64,000 nt of DNA from Bacillota bacterium (GCA_023412005.1 JAEYOE010000014.1:4890-68889); one strand, 5' to 3'; positions 1 through 10,214 are shown, numbered from the stretch's first letter. Numbers and translations are program-made. The notes: generated by a model not told the origin, from the letters alone.

Positions 1-343
1 TGAATATTTCAAACGATTTTTCACGCAAAGAACGGCTCACCTTAATGATACCGTCGTCACGTAAAAACCGTTTAATTTCTCCGGCAATCATAGGAACGGC
101 ATAGGTGGAAAAACGAACCTCGAATTTGGGGTCGTAACCGAGCACGGCTTTAACAAGCCCAAGGCTTCCGATCTGCATCAAATCCTCAAACTCAACACCG
201 CGGTTTAAAAACTTCCGCACAATGCTTTTAACCAGTGCTGTATTGCGGATGATCAACTTTTCTTTAGCGTTGTCGTCTCCGCGCTGGGCGGCTTTAATGA
301 GCCGCAGGCTCTCTTCGTGCGAAAGCACGCCTTTTTCATCCAT
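1..343 (-). CDS. sigF: Sporulation sigma factor SigF, N-terminal part (gene runs off the window start)
   Basis: Reverse translation from the ATG at 343 gives MDEKGVLSHEESLRLIKAAQRGDDNAKEKLIIRNTALVKSIVRKFLNRGVEFEDLMQIGSLGLVKAV...RFSTYAVPMIAGEIKRFLRDDG, which are sigma-70 region 2 motifs. It follows spoIIAA-spoIIAB as in the spoIIA operon. Confidence 0.85.
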   Translation of the reverse strand, partial: MDEKGVLSHEESLRLIKAAQRGDDNAKEKLIIRNTALVKSIVRKFLNRGVEFEDLMQIGSLGLVKAVLGYDPKFEVRFSTYAVPMIAGEIKRFLRDDGIIKVSRSLREKSFEIF

Positions 344-347
344 GTGC

Positions 348-779
348 TTATCCCGCGGCGCCGATCGCTTTTTTCATCTCCACCGTTGTTCCTTTGCCCG
401 CCGATGATGCGATTGTCACCTCATCCATGAACGTTTCCATCACTGTGAAGCCCATGCCCGAACGCGATTCGTCTCCGGCGGTGCTGAAAAACGGCTGACG
501 TGCCTGTTCAATATCGCGGATGCCTACGCCGTAATCCTCAATAACCACCTTGATCTGACGGTTCTCAAGCGAAGCGAATACCCTGATATCTCCGAGTCTG
601 TCGGGATAGGCGTGAACGATCGCGTTGGTGACGGCTTCGGATACGGCTGTTTTGATATCTGCAATTTCCTCCAGCGTCGGGTCGAGCTGGGTAGCGAATG
701 CTCCCACAACGCTGCGCGCAAAGCCTTCGTTAACCGACAGACTGGGCAGCCTTAGTTCCATATTGTTTTTGAATTCCAT
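348..779 (-). CDS. spoIIAB: Anti-sigma F factor (serine protein kinase) SpoIIAB
   Basis: 143-aa ORF with HATPase-type boxes (AVSEAVTNAIVHAY, DYGVGI, GMGFTVM). It lies between the STAS antagonist and sigF. Confidence 0.9.
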   Translation of the reverse strand: MEFKNNMELRLPSLSVNEGFARSVVGAFATQLDPTLEEIADIKTAVSEAVTNAIVHAYPDRLGDIRVFASLENRQIKVVIEDYGVGIRDIEQARQPFFSTAGDESRSGMGFTVMETFMDEVTIASSAGKGTTVEMKKAIGAAG

Positions 780-790
780 ATAAGCCCCCG

Positions 791-1099
791 TTATTTTAGT
801 TTCTTGATAATTTGATAAATGCCGCTGACGGTGAAAACTTTCTCAATCTGGGTATTGGCGTTTTTTATGTACATTTTACCGCCCTTTGCTTTGAGTTTTT
901 TGTATCTGCCGAGAATGACACCGAGGCCGGAGCTATCCATAAAACTCAAATTTTTCAGATCGAGTATCAAATTCATATCGTCGAAGCGGCGAATGAGATT
1001 ATCCAGTTCGTCCTTCACCTGCTCGGCGCTATGATGATCGAGCTCGCCAATAAGATAAGCTGTGGCAGAGTCGTTTTGCTGTGTCACTCGAATGTGCAT
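791..1099 (-). CDS. spoIIAA: Anti-sigma F factor antagonist SpoIIAA (STAS domain)
   Basis: STAS-like sequence with FMDSSGLGVILGRYKK. Start placed at the ATG at 1099, which has GAAAGGA 9 nt upstream; the ORF-track start at 1117 has no SD. Confidence 0.85.
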   Translation of the reverse strand: MHIRVTQQNDSATAYLIGELDHHSAEQVKDELDNLIRRFDDMNLILDLKNLSFMDSSGLGVILGRYKKLKAKGGKMYIKNANTQIEKVFTVSGIYQIIKKLK

Positions 1100-1129
1100 A
1101 TAGAAAAGTCCTTTCATATGATCTCTAAC

Positions 1130-1158
1130 GTATTCTTTTAAGTGCCGTGATTTCCTTT
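1130..1158 (-). promoter_or_regulatory. Sigma-H-like promoter for the spoIIA operon
   Basis: The minus strand reads AAAGGAAAT, 14 nt, GAAT. This fits the sigma-H pattern (AGGAnnT, about 14 nt, GAAT) roughly 30 nt upstream of the spoIIAA start. Confidence 0.4.
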
Positions 1159-1207
1159 AAGAGCTTTTGTTGAATAAAATCTAGTTTTGGTAACATGTTT
1201 TGGTTCT

Positions 1208-1214
1208 TGTCGAA
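1208..1214. promoter_or_regulatory. Spo0A box (TGTCGAA)
   Basis: Perfect 7-mer TGTCGAA about 50 nt upstream of the putative sigma-H -35, in the divergent spoIIA/PBP intergenic region. Confidence 0.35.
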
Positions 1215-1281
1215 ACAACATATTTAAAAGCCATTTCGGAGAGTCTAAACTCGAAAGTGAACGCAAAGAAGGTTAGCTGAA

Positions 1282-3648
1282 TTGGGAAAGCACAGCCATA
1301 AGCGGGGGATATTATCCCGCATTATTCATAAAACCTTAACTGTTATCAAATATACCGCACTCGTTTGTCTGACGCTTGGCCTTTCGGGAATCGCGTTTGT
1401 TTTTTCATATCTGATGGGTCTGGAAGAATGGAAAGAGTTTGATCCGTATAAAATTGCCGATATGCAGCAAACACTGCTGATTTTTGATAAAAACGGAGCG
1501 CAGACAGCGGCCTTATACAACAAGCAAAACCGTGTATACCTATCAATCAGCGACATTCCGGAGCACGTGAAAAATGCTTTTATCGCCATCGAGGATGCGC
1601 GGTTTTATGAACATGACGGCGTTGATATCGTTCGCATTGCAGGCTCGCTCGTAGAAGACTTAAAAAGCGGCAGCTTTAAACAGGGCGCCAGCACCATATC
1701 GCAGCAGCTTGTGAAAAACACAAGTCTGACGGGTGTTAAAACAATGTCGAGAAAGCTTCAGGAAGCGGTTATGGCTTATAAGCTTGAGCAGGTTTATACC
1801 AAGGATCAAATTCTTGAGATGTATTTAAACTTTATCTATTTCGGTCATGGCGCATACGGCATTGAAGCGGCTTCCAAAACCTATTTTGGTGTCAGCGCAA
1901 AATCGCTGACACTGTCTCAGGCTGCGCTGCTGGCCGGCGTTATCAAAGGGCCATCGCACTATGCACCGCATATTGATATACAAAAGTCGATTCAAAGGCG
2001 CAACCTTGTGCTTTCCTGCATGCGTGATCAGGGCATGATATCTGAAAGCGAAGAAGAGAAGGCTCAATCGGAAGCGGTTATACTCGCGGAAAAAAACGAA
2101 GTGGAATACGGGTATTACACGGATATGGTGCTTGCCGAAGCTGAGAACATACTTTCAATGGACAGCGAAGAGCTGCTTTCCAGCGGATGCCGTATCTTCA
2201 CCACGCTGGATCAAAAATTGCAGGAGGAAGTGGAAACGCTGTTTAAAAAAGCGAGCAATTTTCCGCCGGATGCAAAGGATGGTGAGCAATGCCAGTCTGC
2301 CGTGTGTATACTCGACAGCAAAACAGGGGAGATAAGGGCCGTGATGGGGGGACGCAGCTATGAAACGCGCCGAGGCATTAACCGTGCGATAGATATTAAA
2401 CGACAGCCCGGCAGTGCGATAAAGCCGGTGCTGGTTTACGCTCCGGCTATAGAAAAGCTGGGGCTCACGCCCATCTCGCTGGTGCTCGATGAAAAGGAAG
2501 ACTTTAATGGCTATATACCGAAGAATTTTGCAAACAGCTATAAAGGCTGGGTAACATTAAGAGAGGCGCTGGCCGAATCGTTAAATCTACCTGCCGTCCG
2601 TGTGTTCAACGAGCTTGGTGTGCAAGCAGGCAAGCTTTACGCATCGCAGGTCGGCATTCCGTTCGACGAGAAAGACAAAGGGCTGACGCTGGCTCTCGGA
2701 GGCTTTACGACGGGTGTATCGCCGCTTTGTTTGGCCAACGCTTTCACGCCTTTTGCCAACGGCGGATATTATTCGCTGCCGTCTTGCATTTCAAAAATTG
2801 AAGACGGCCGAGGCGATATAATTTACGAGAGGCCGAAAACCAAAACGGGTGTGCTGTCTCCTGAGACATCCTATCTGATAACCTCCATGCTGGAAACGGC
2901 AGTCGATTCGGGAACGGCAAAACGTCTTGCCGTTAAAAATGTACCTATTGCTGCCAAAACAGGCACGGCAGGCGCGGGGGAAGACAACAAAGATGCATGG
3001 ACGGTGGCCTATAACCCCGACTATACGATGTGCTGCTGGATGGGGTTTGACAGCACGGATGAATCTCATTGTCTGCCGTCTGAGGTGACGGGAGGCACCT
3101 ACCCCGCTAAGCTGCTTCAGCAGCTCTTTTCACGAATATACAAAGACAAGAAAGCGCCGAATTTTGTTCAGCCGGAAAATATTGTGACAGCTAAGATAGA
3201 CATCCAATCACTCAATGAAGGCAGCCGTCCGATGCTGGCCAGTGCGTTTACACCGGCCGAGCAGACAATGACCGAGCTGTTTACCAAAGACAATGCGCCG
3301 TCGGAATACACATCTTACTGGGCAGTGCCGTCTCCGCCCGATGATCTGAAAGTTGTTATCGGCGACGGCGGAATGCCGTGCATCAGCTTTACACCCAAGG
3401 AAAGCTTCATCATTTACCGCATTATGCGCAAAAATCTCGCTGACAGGACGGTTGAAACAATCAGCGAATGCACCGACGCGACATCGCTGATTTCTGTGAT
3501 TGATTTTTCGGCAGAGTATGGCAGCTCATACGAGTATTATGTGGTGCCGATTCATCCTGAGATAGAAATAAATAAAGAGCGGCTTTGCGGGCCGCCCTCT
3601 GCAGGTTTTAAAATCAAGGTTCTGCCGGAAGACAATTATATGCCGTGA
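1282..3648 (+). CDS. Class A penicillin-binding protein (transglycosylase/transpeptidase)
   Basis: 788 aa with a TTG start and an N-terminal TM helix. GT51 motifs EDARFYEHDGVD and GASTISQQL; transpeptidase motifs SAIKP (SxxK) and KTGTA. Confidence 0.9.
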   Translation: MGKHSHKRGILSRIIHKTLTVIKYTALVCLTLGLSGIAFVFSYLMGLEEWKEFDPYKIADMQQTLLIFDKNGAQTAALYNKQNRVYLSISDIPEHVKNAFIAIEDARFYEHDGVDIVRIAGSLVEDLKSGSFKQGASTISQQLVKNTSLTGVKTMSRKLQEAVMAYKLEQVYTKDQILEMYLNFIYFGHGAYGIEAASKTYFGVSAKSLTLSQAALLAGVIKGPSHYAPHIDIQKSIQRRNLVLSCMRDQGMISESEEEKAQSEAVILAEKNEVEYGYYTDMVLAEAENILSMDSEELLSSGCRIFTTLDQKLQEEVETLFKKASNFPPDAKDGEQCQSAVCILDSKTGEIRAVMGGRSYETRRGINRAIDIKRQPGSAIKPVLVYAPAIEKLGLTPISLVLDEKEDFNGYIPKNFANSYKGWVTLREALAESLNLPAVRVFNELGVQAGKLYASQVGIPFDEKDKGLTLALGGFTTGVSPLCLANAFTPFANGGYYSLPSCISKIEDGRGDIIYERPKTKTGVLSPETSYLITSMLETAVDSGTAKRLAVKNVPIAAKTGTAGAGEDNKDAWTVAYNPDYTMCCWMGFDSTDESHCLPSEVTGGTYPAKLLQQLFSRIYKDKKAPNFVQPENIVTAKIDIQSLNEGSRPMLASAFTPAEQTMTELFTKDNAPSEYTSYWAVPSPPDDLKVVIGDGGMPCISFTPKESFIIYRIMRKNLADRTVETISECTDATSLISVIDFSAEYGSSYEYYVVPIHPEIEINKERLCGPPSAGFKIKVLPEDNYMP

Positions 3649-3653
3649 GTGCC

Positions 3654-6641
3654 TTATGTTGAAGGCGCAGGTGGAGACGGAGCCGAATACTGCGTCACCA
3701 GCTTGCTGGTGAGGTTCTCGAGATCCGATGTTTTCTGTTCGATCGCGCCCGAGGTTGAGGTTGTATCGGCAATAAGCTGGCTCAGCTCATCAATTTTGTT
3801 GGATAGAGCGGCTCTGTCCTCGGCGGATAACGCATACGCCGGATTCTGCAAAACGGCATTTGAAGCGCCGATCTGTGCGTTGGCCGCAATTATGGCATTT
3901 GCGCGGTTATTGTTCTCCTGCCACCACCCGATATTATGCAAATCGCAGAAGAATTGGTAATACTCGGGGGAGCTTGGGTCGTTCATAATCTCAGAGAGCG
4001 GCAATCCACTGGCAGGGGTGAGCATGATATTCGGCATGTATTTCAAACGATCCGCCTCTGTAGGGAACTGCCAATATATCGAATCGGGAGGGAGCACCAA
4101 ATACGATTTTGCCTCGACTGTTTCATAACCGGGGCAGTACGTCGATGCAATTTTCCCGGTTTCAGGACATGTTTTCAGCAAATAATGAAGATTGCATTCC
4201 GCTGCGGGCGCTGCACCCTTAAGGAAATACGCCATTTCCGCACCGTGTTTAGGATCGGCCTTGCATGCGGCGGTGGCTTTCTGTCCCGAAACAGAGCAGA
4301 TTTCCACCTGCTCAAGGCCCAATTCATCAAGTGATTTATTAATAATGGGTGCGTTCGGCTTGCCCTCCAGAATCTTCGACATAAAGTCTTTCCAGAGCGG
4401 TGCCGCCGAGCTGGAGGCGTATACCTGACTATCAAGCGGCTTGTAATCGTCATGTCCGATCCAAAGCGTTGCCGTGTAGTAAGGTGATATACCCGCAAAG
4501 AAAACACCCTTTGCGTCTTGGTTTGTGCCCGTTTTGCCGCCAATCGTCATGCCATCTATTTTGGCTTTGGTACCGGTACCGTGATCCACAGCGTCAACCA
4601 GCATCTGGGTAAGTATAAAAGCAGTGGATTCTTTGAAAACGCGGTGTTCTTCACGAATCTGTGCGGCATCAAGAATCACATTGCCGTCTTTGTCTTTAAC
4701 AACCGTAAACGAGAGCGGCTCAAGATAATTGCCTTCGTTGGCAATTGTTGCGTAGGCACCCGCCATTTCAATGGGCGTTATGCCGGATGTGCCGAGAGAC
4801 AACCCGGCTGCCGTTTTCTGAATGTGCTTCGGATTGATACCCATGTTTACCAAATAGTTAAACGAATCATCCGGCTTAACTAAATTCAGCAGCGTGTAAG
4901 CCGTTGCACTGTTCAGTGAATTAACCATAGCGTTGTGCAGCGTAATCGGGCCGTACTTTGAACTGCCGCCCGCCGGGTATCCTTTGCCGCCGTTGTCATC
5001 CCAGCCTTCAATCTTCACTGGCATGTTGGGCACAACAAATCCGTCGGAGTATCCTTTTTCAATAGCCGGGCCGTACACAGCGATCGGCTTAATGGAAGAA
5101 CCCACCGGCATTGTGGTTTGATACGCCCGGTTCAGCGTTTTTTTAGCTTGGGGCTTATCTCTGCCGCCCACAACGGCCTTAAGCTGCCCTGTCGAATGCT
5201 CAACAACCACCGCGGCGGCCTGCGGTTCCTTGGTTTCGGTTATGCTGCCGTCGGCGTTCTGCGTCCGCTTAACTGACGCGCTCGGGTCTTCCAGCTTGGG
5301 ATATTTATCCCAGTTTTGCAGGCTTTGCTCCACATCTGTTTGAATGAGAGGATCCATTGTGGTGAATATCTGATAGCCGCTGGTGCGTATCTCGTTTTCA
5401 ATATCGGCACGGTTATCCTTGGTATCTTGAAGGTTGCGGTGCTTTAAGAAATGCGTGATGACATCGTATATGGCGTACTCAACAAAATACGGATGCTCAT
5501 ACATGCCCGATACCTCGGACGTTTCCTGAACCGTAACAGTATCGTGCAGCGCGTAATCATATTCTTCCTTCGTGATATAGCCCGCCTTGTACATTTTCTC
5601 GAGAACGCTATCGGTGCGATTATTGAGCTTGGTCGGGTCTTTTTTTACATAGAAACTGCGGCGCGGGTTATACAAGTATGGGTACTGCGTGATACCCGCA
5701 AGCATTGCGCATTCTCTGAGCGTTAACTGATTCAGTTCCTTATCGAAATAATCCTTGGCTGCGGCTTTAACGCCGTAATTTGATTCGCCGAGGAAAATTG
5801 TATTCATGTAGCCTTCGAGTATTTGATCCTTTTCGTACTGTTCCTCCAGCTGTATCGCGAGGTAAGCTTCCTGAATTTTGCGCTTGTATGTGCGTTCGGT
5901 GCTCAGCATTCTGTTTTTAACGAGCTGCTGAGTGATTGTGCTGCCGCCCTGAACGTTGTTGTTCATCAGATTGCCGATAAAAGCGCCAAAAAGTCTCTTG
6001 AAATCAACGCCATTATGGTATTCAAATCGGACATCCTCAATAGAAATAACGGCATACTGAAGCATAGCCGGTATTTCGTCCAGGCTGGCCCAATCTCTGT
6101 TCTCTAAACCCGAATAAGCCGTCATTTTATTGCCGTTACAGTCGTAAAGGTACGATGTTTCGTCTTGCTCCTGAATTTTTTCCGTATCAAGCGTCGGCGT
6201 CGTTTCCATATACGCTTTGGCAATGCCGATAACCGTTCCAAAGCCTGCCGCACCGATCATGAAAATCACAATTAAAACCAGCTTGAAAGAGGTAAGCGCC
6301 ACATTAATCACCACGCCGCCTCTTCTTTTGCGGGGGCGAAACATATTAATATGCTCTTTGCCTTCGCCTGATAAATGATCCTTTGAAATGTGGGGCACGG
6401 TATGCGTTTTCTGCATACGTTCAGAACGCGCAGAAGCCTTGGTATCCTGGATGTGATCGAACACAACGGTTTCAAACGATGCGCGCTGAGCACTTGTTTC
6501 GTTACTCGGGCTTATACCGCGCAGACGGTTAACAATACTGATGAATCCAAATTTCACGCGCTTCCAAGCAGAAGAAATAAAACTGCCGATTGATCCGGAA
6601 GTACGGCTGGAATTCCTGTGTTTATATTTATCTTTAATCAT
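3654..6641 (-). CDS. Class A penicillin-binding protein with long C-terminal extension
   Basis: 995 aa with EDVRFEYHNGVD, GGSTITQQL, SSIKP and KTGT. It converges on the other PBP gene with stops 5 bp apart. Confidence 0.9.
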   Translation of the reverse strand: MIKDKYKHRNSSRTSGSIGSFISSAWKRVKFGFISIVNRLRGISPSNETSAQRASFETVVFDHIQDTKASARSERMQKTHTVPHISKDHLSGEGKEHINMFRPRKRRGGVVINVALTSFKLVLIVIFMIGAAGFGTVIGIAKAYMETTPTLDTEKIQEQDETSYLYDCNGNKMTAYSGLENRDWASLDEIPAMLQYAVISIEDVRFEYHNGVDFKRLFGAFIGNLMNNNVQGGSTITQQLVKNRMLSTERTYKRKIQEAYLAIQLEEQYEKDQILEGYMNTIFLGESNYGVKAAAKDYFDKELNQLTLRECAMLAGITQYPYLYNPRRSFYVKKDPTKLNNRTDSVLEKMYKAGYITKEEYDYALHDTVTVQETSEVSGMYEHPYFVEYAIYDVITHFLKHRNLQDTKDNRADIENEIRTSGYQIFTTMDPLIQTDVEQSLQNWDKYPKLEDPSASVKRTQNADGSITETKEPQAAAVVVEHSTGQLKAVVGGRDKPQAKKTLNRAYQTTMPVGSSIKPIAVYGPAIEKGYSDGFVVPNMPVKIEGWDDNGGKGYPAGGSSKYGPITLHNAMVNSLNSATAYTLLNLVKPDDSFNYLVNMGINPKHIQKTAAGLSLGTSGITPIEMAGAYATIANEGNYLEPLSFTVVKDKDGNVILDAAQIREEHRVFKESTAFILTQMLVDAVDHGTGTKAKIDGMTIGGKTGTNQDAKGVFFAGISPYYTATLWIGHDDYKPLDSQVYASSSAAPLWKDFMSKILEGKPNAPIINKSLDELGLEQVEICSVSGQKATAACKADPKHGAEMAYFLKGAAPAAECNLHYLLKTCPETGKIASTYCPGYETVEAKSYLVLPPDSIYWQFPTEADRLKYMPNIMLTPASGLPLSEIMNDPSSPEYYQFFCDLHNIGWWQENNNRANAIIAANAQIGASNAVLQNPAYALSAEDRAALSNKIDELSQLIADTTSTSGAIEQKTSDLENLTSKLVTQYSAPSPPAPST

Positions 6642-6782
6642 ACAATGACACCTTTAATCTTAATATCTGAATAGATTATACCATAAGTCAATCAAAACGA
6701 CATCACTATCGCGATTAATTTACATTTTTCGATTTCTGTGCTTACGCCGTCAGCGTTCCGCATAGCTTATAAAGGGGATATT

Positions 6783-7460
6783 ATGAAAACACGCAAAAGG
6801 CACAACAGAAAGATTTGGATTGCAATTTTCCTCATTATACTCATTGCTGTGGGGTATATTATTGTTGACAATGCCATACGCCCGACGATTCTGAGTCTGT
6901 CCGAAGCGAGGCTGCGCGCCATCGCTGTCAAAGCCATGAACGAAGCCGTGAGAGAAACAATTGGAAACAATATTACATATTCTGATTTAATCAACATACA
7001 AAAGGACGACCATGGGGAAATTACGCTTGTCAGCGCGAATACGGTTCTTATGAACAATCTCGCCGCCAGCACGGCCATTTCGGCACAGGACAAAATATTA
7101 AATATCGGGGAACAGGGGATAAGCATACCCTTAGGAACGATACTCGGCGGTCAGATGCTATCGGGACGCGGGCCGCTGGTAGAGGTGCGCGTAGAGCCTG
7201 TCGGGTCTGTCACGACTGATTTTAAAACGGAGTTTGAAGGAGCCGGTATTAACCAGACGCGGCAAAAAATATTCATTGTGCTTAACGCAACACTTCGAAT
7301 TATTGTGGGAAACACCACACAGACTGTGGAGATATCCTCAGAGGTGCTGATTTCCGAAACCATCATCATCGGCGATGTACCGCAGAGCTATGTGGATGTG
7401 GCTAATAAAGACGATATGCTCAACCTTTTACCGGACACCATGATTGATACGCCAAAATAA
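6783..7460 (+). CDS. yunB: Sporulation protein YunB
   Basis: N-terminal TM helix followed by FEGAGINQTRQKIFIVLNATLRI...IIIGDVPQSY, typical of the YunB family. Start moved to the internal ATG at 6783. Confidence 0.75.
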   Translation: MKTRKRHNRKIWIAIFLIILIAVGYIIVDNAIRPTILSLSEARLRAIAVKAMNEAVRETIGNNITYSDLINIQKDDHGEITLVSANTVLMNNLAASTAISAQDKILNIGEQGISIPLGTILGGQMLSGRGPLVEVRVEPVGSVTTDFKTEFEGAGINQTRQKIFIVLNATLRIIVGNTTQTVEISSEVLISETIIIGDVPQSYVDVANKDDMLNLLPDTMIDTPK

Positions 7461-7556
7461 TCGGCGAAAAAACTTAAATACATGATCAAATAACGGCATT
7501 GTCACCAATAAACGTTTTATGTTATGATACCAACAGATTTTTTATAGAGGTGACAT

Positions 7557-8285
7557 ATGTCCGGACATTCAAAATGGGCAAACATCAAACACAAAAAAGA
7601 ACGTACCGACGCAAAACGCGGCAAGATTTTCACGAAAATCGGCAGAGAGATTGCCGTTGCCGTTAAAGAGGGCGGTGCCGATCCTGAGAGCAACTCAAAG
7701 CTCAAGGATGTGGTGGCAAAAGCCAAGGCCAACAACATGCCCAACGATACCATCTCGCGCTCAATCAAGAAAGCGGCGGGTGAGCTTGGCAATATCAATT
7801 ATGAATCAATTATATATGAAGGTTACGGGCCGGGGGGCGTGGCGGTTATCGTTGAGGCCCTGACAGACAATCGCAACAGAACGGCGGGTGAAGTGCGCCA
7901 TAGCTTCGATAAAAACGGGGGTTCTCTTGGTGCAACCGGCTGTGTGGCTTGGATGTTTGAAAGAAAAGGTGTCATCATCATTGAAAAAAATGATAAAATT
8001 GATGAGGACGAGCTCATGATGGCGGCGCTTGATGCCGGCGCGCTTGACGTGCAGGACGATGAGGATGCACTGGAGATCACGACGGATGTGGCATCATTTT
8101 CTGCGGTGTATGACGCGATTGAAAAAGCAGGCTTTGAATTTGCGATGGCTGAAGTTCAGCTCGTGCCTGCCAATACCGTCAAAGTCACGGAGGATATTGA
8201 AGCAGGCGTGCAAAAAATGCTAGACATGCTTGAAGACAGTGACGACGTGCAAAACGTGTATCACAACGCCGAAATGGACGAATAG
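7557..8285 (+). CDS. YebC/PmpR family DNA-binding transcriptional regulator
   Basis: [32 protein letters not shown]... is the canonical YebC N-terminus. 242 aa. Confidence 0.9.
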   Translation: MSGHSKWANIKHKKERTDAKRGKIFTKIGREIAVAVKEGGADPESNSKLKDVVAKAKANNMPNDTISRSIKKAAGELGNINYESIIYEGYGPGGVAVIVEALTDNRNRTAGEVRHSFDKNGGSLGATGCVAWMFERKGVIIIEKNDKIDEDELMMAALDAGALDVQDDEDALEITTDVASFSAVYDAIEKAGFEFAMAEVQLVPANTVKVTEDIEAGVQKMLDMLEDSDDVQNVYHNAEMDE

Positions 8286-8303
8286 AAGATTATCAGGATA
8301 CAG

Positions 8304-8347
8304 AAAATACCCCTGAGTCGAATTTTTAGCTCACGGGGTATTTTTTT
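8304..8347 (+). terminator. Rho-independent terminator after yebC
   Basis: AATACCCCTGAG ... CTCACGGGGTATT stem with one bulge, followed by TTTTTTT. Confidence 0.6.
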
Positions 8348-8920
8348 ATGTTCTTTAAAAAACACAAAAAGCTTGTCATCTTTATTTGTATGATATTAAC
8401 CATTACAGCGGCCGGCCTGGCTGGTTACTTGATTGCTGACAGTGAACCGCGTGTTGTGGCAGAAAAACCGCAGGAAGATACGGATTTGCCCGTAAAGGCA
8501 GATAACGACAGCATCGATAAAGAGACAATCATAACATGGGACTATGAATATGAGATGTGCAAACATCATGTCATAATCCGCGGCGCACCCGAGCCAGATA
8601 TGATCGGGTTAACATTGACGAAGCTGGAAAGTAAATATCCCGATATCGTTATTGTCTCGTTTACACCTGAAGAAGTGATATTGAAAAAAAGGCTTGAGTG
8701 CTATTGTCCCGAGCATTTTCTCTTGAAGAGAAATAAAGGCAAGCTTTCCGTGTACCATACCGCTGCGGGAACAGATAAACAGAATGTATATATCGATTAT
8801 GATATTGTGTTTGAAAGCCTGACAAAGGAACAACGCGAAGCGCTCGAGGAGGGGCGGGTGTTCGGTAGTTTTGAAGACCTACAGCGGTATTTGGAGAAAT
8901 TGACTCGTGAAAACCGTTGA
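8348..8920 (+). CDS. Membrane-anchored hypothetical protein, possibly BofC-like
   Basis: 190 aa with an N-terminal TM helix. The pattern LTLTKLESKYPDIVIVSFTPEEVILKK..CYCPEH then GKLSVYH...LEEGRVFGSFEDLQRYLE loosely resembles the two BofC domains. Assignment is from memory only. Confidence 0.35.
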   Translation: MFFKKHKKLVIFICMILTITAAGLAGYLIADSEPRVVAEKPQEDTDLPVKADNDSIDKETIITWDYEYEMCKHHVIIRGAPEPDMIGLTLTKLESKYPDIVIVSFTPEEVILKKRLECYCPEHFLLKRNKGKLSVYHTAAGTDKQNVYIDYDIVFESLTKEQREALEEGRVFGSFEDLQRYLEKLTRENR

Positions 8921-8945
8921 CTTCGTTATCATAAAGTGTTAAAAT
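8917..8945 (+). promoter_or_regulatory. Sigma-A promoter for the FMN riboswitch and ribU
   Basis: TTGACT, 17 nt, TAAAAT with a TGn extended -10, about 15 nt before the riboswitch. Confidence 0.5.
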
Positions 8946-8959
8946 AAAGAAAATTTAAT

Positions 8960-9128
8960 TTAGCAAGTCTTCGGGGGAGGGTGAAATTCCCTTACCGGCG
9001 GTATAGTCCGCGAGCGAAAGCTGATACGGTGTAATTCCGTAACCGACAGTATAGTCTGGATGAGAGAAGAACGTGTATCTGTTTTGTGATATACCAAGGC
9101 TCTGAAGATCTGCTTCAGAGCCTTTTTA
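8960..9128 (+). promoter_or_regulatory. FMN riboswitch (RFN element) with terminator expression platform
   Basis: GTCTTCGGGGGAGGGTGAAATTCCCTTACCGGCGGTATAGTCCGCGAGC...GGTGTAATTCCGTAACCGACAGTATAGTCTGGATGAGAGAAGAAC matches the RFN consensus. The hairpin GGCTCTGAAG/CTTCAGAGCC plus TTTTT at 9098..9127 follows. Confidence 0.9.
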
Positions 9129-9149
9129 GCTCTGGGAAAGGATTGTTGT

Positions 9150-9692
9150 ATGCAGTTAAGTCAAAACACAAGAAAATTAACCACGCTTTCGGTACTCACT
9201 GCCTTATCAATTATTCTGTTGCTCCTGATACGGTTTCCTATTTTTCCCGCGGCACCTTATCTCATTTACGAACCAATGGATGTGCCGATATTGATCGCGG
9301 CTTTTGTTTATGGGCCGATATCCGGACTGCTTGTGACCGTCGTGTCGTGCATTCTGCAAGGATTGCTGTTTTCAGTTGACGGCTGGGTCGGTATCCTTAT
9401 GCATTTTATCGCGACGGGAACGTATGTAACTGTGGCATCGCTGATTTACCGTAAGAAACACAGCGTTTTTGGCGCTATTATTGGCCTTGCGGCTGGTACT
9501 GTTGCGATGGCCGCCATCATGGTGCCCACGAATCTGATCATACAGCCTGTGTTTTACGGCACGCCGATTGAGGTTGTTAAACCGCTGCTGCTACCCGTTA
9601 TCGTTCCGTTTAATTTATTAAAGGCAGCAATAAACGGAGCGGTGACATTCATACTATACAAACCGCTGAGAAAATTTCTGATAAAAAAGTAA
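9150..9692 (+). CDS. ribU: ECF transporter S component for riboflavin (RibU)
   Basis: 180-aa polytopic membrane protein directly downstream of the FMN riboswitch. The N-terminus TRKLTTLSVLTALSIIL is typical of RibU. Confidence 0.8.
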   Translation: MQLSQNTRKLTTLSVLTALSIILLLLIRFPIFPAAPYLIYEPMDVPILIAAFVYGPISGLLVTVVSCILQGLLFSVDGWVGILMHFIATGTYVTVASLIYRKKHSVFGAIIGLAAGTVAMAAIMVPTNLIIQPVFYGTPIEVVKPLLLPVIVPFNLLKAAINGAVTFILYKPLRKFLIKK

Positions 9693-9703
9693 ACAAAAAC
9701 AGT

Positions 9704-9736
9704 CGGTGCGGCATCATATGCCGCGCCGTTGCTTTT
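9704..9736 (+). terminator. Rho-independent terminator after ribU
   Basis: CGGTGCGGCAT cat ATGCCGCGCCG is an 11-bp stem with one G-U pair, followed by a T-rich tail. Confidence 0.55.
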
Positions 9737-9791
9737 CGGGGGGATTTCTTGTATACTTCAAAACAGTAAAAACATGAACGGCAGCTAATAA

Positions 9792-10214
9792 ATGAAAACA
9801 TACCATACAAATTCGACGGAAGAGACTTATGCTATCGGTTTAAGCTTAGGGCAGTCAGTGCACGAGGGCGATGTGATTGCGCTGTACGGCGGGCTGGGTG
9901 CCGGGAAAACCGTGCTGGCCAAGGGCATTGCCAAAGGCCTCGGCATTGATGACGACATAACGAGCCCGACATTTACATTGCTGCGGCAATACCAAGGAAG
10001 GCTGACGCTCTGCCACTTTGATCTTTACCGCATTGAAGACGAACAGGAGCTGGAGCATATCGGCTTTTATGATTATTTGGGTGGAGACAATGTCTGCGTG
10101 ATTGAGTGGCCGCAAAATGCCTTTGAGCTGAAAGCCGATATTGTTGTACGCATAGACGGTTCGGGCAGTGAAGCCCGGCAGATAAACATCTCTGAAAAAG
10201 AGGAGCCAAAATGA
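9792..10214 (+). CDS. tsaE: tRNA t6A37 biosynthesis ATPase TsaE
   Basis: P-loop GGLGAGKTVLAKGIA and SPTFTL..Y......HFDLYR motifs. 140 aa. Confidence 0.9.
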   Translation: MKTYHTNSTEETYAIGLSLGQSVHEGDVIALYGGLGAGKTVLAKGIAKGLGIDDDITSPTFTLLRQYQGRLTLCHFDLYRIEDEQELEHIGFYDYLGGDNVCVIEWPQNAFELKADIVVRIDGSGSEARQINISEKEEPK

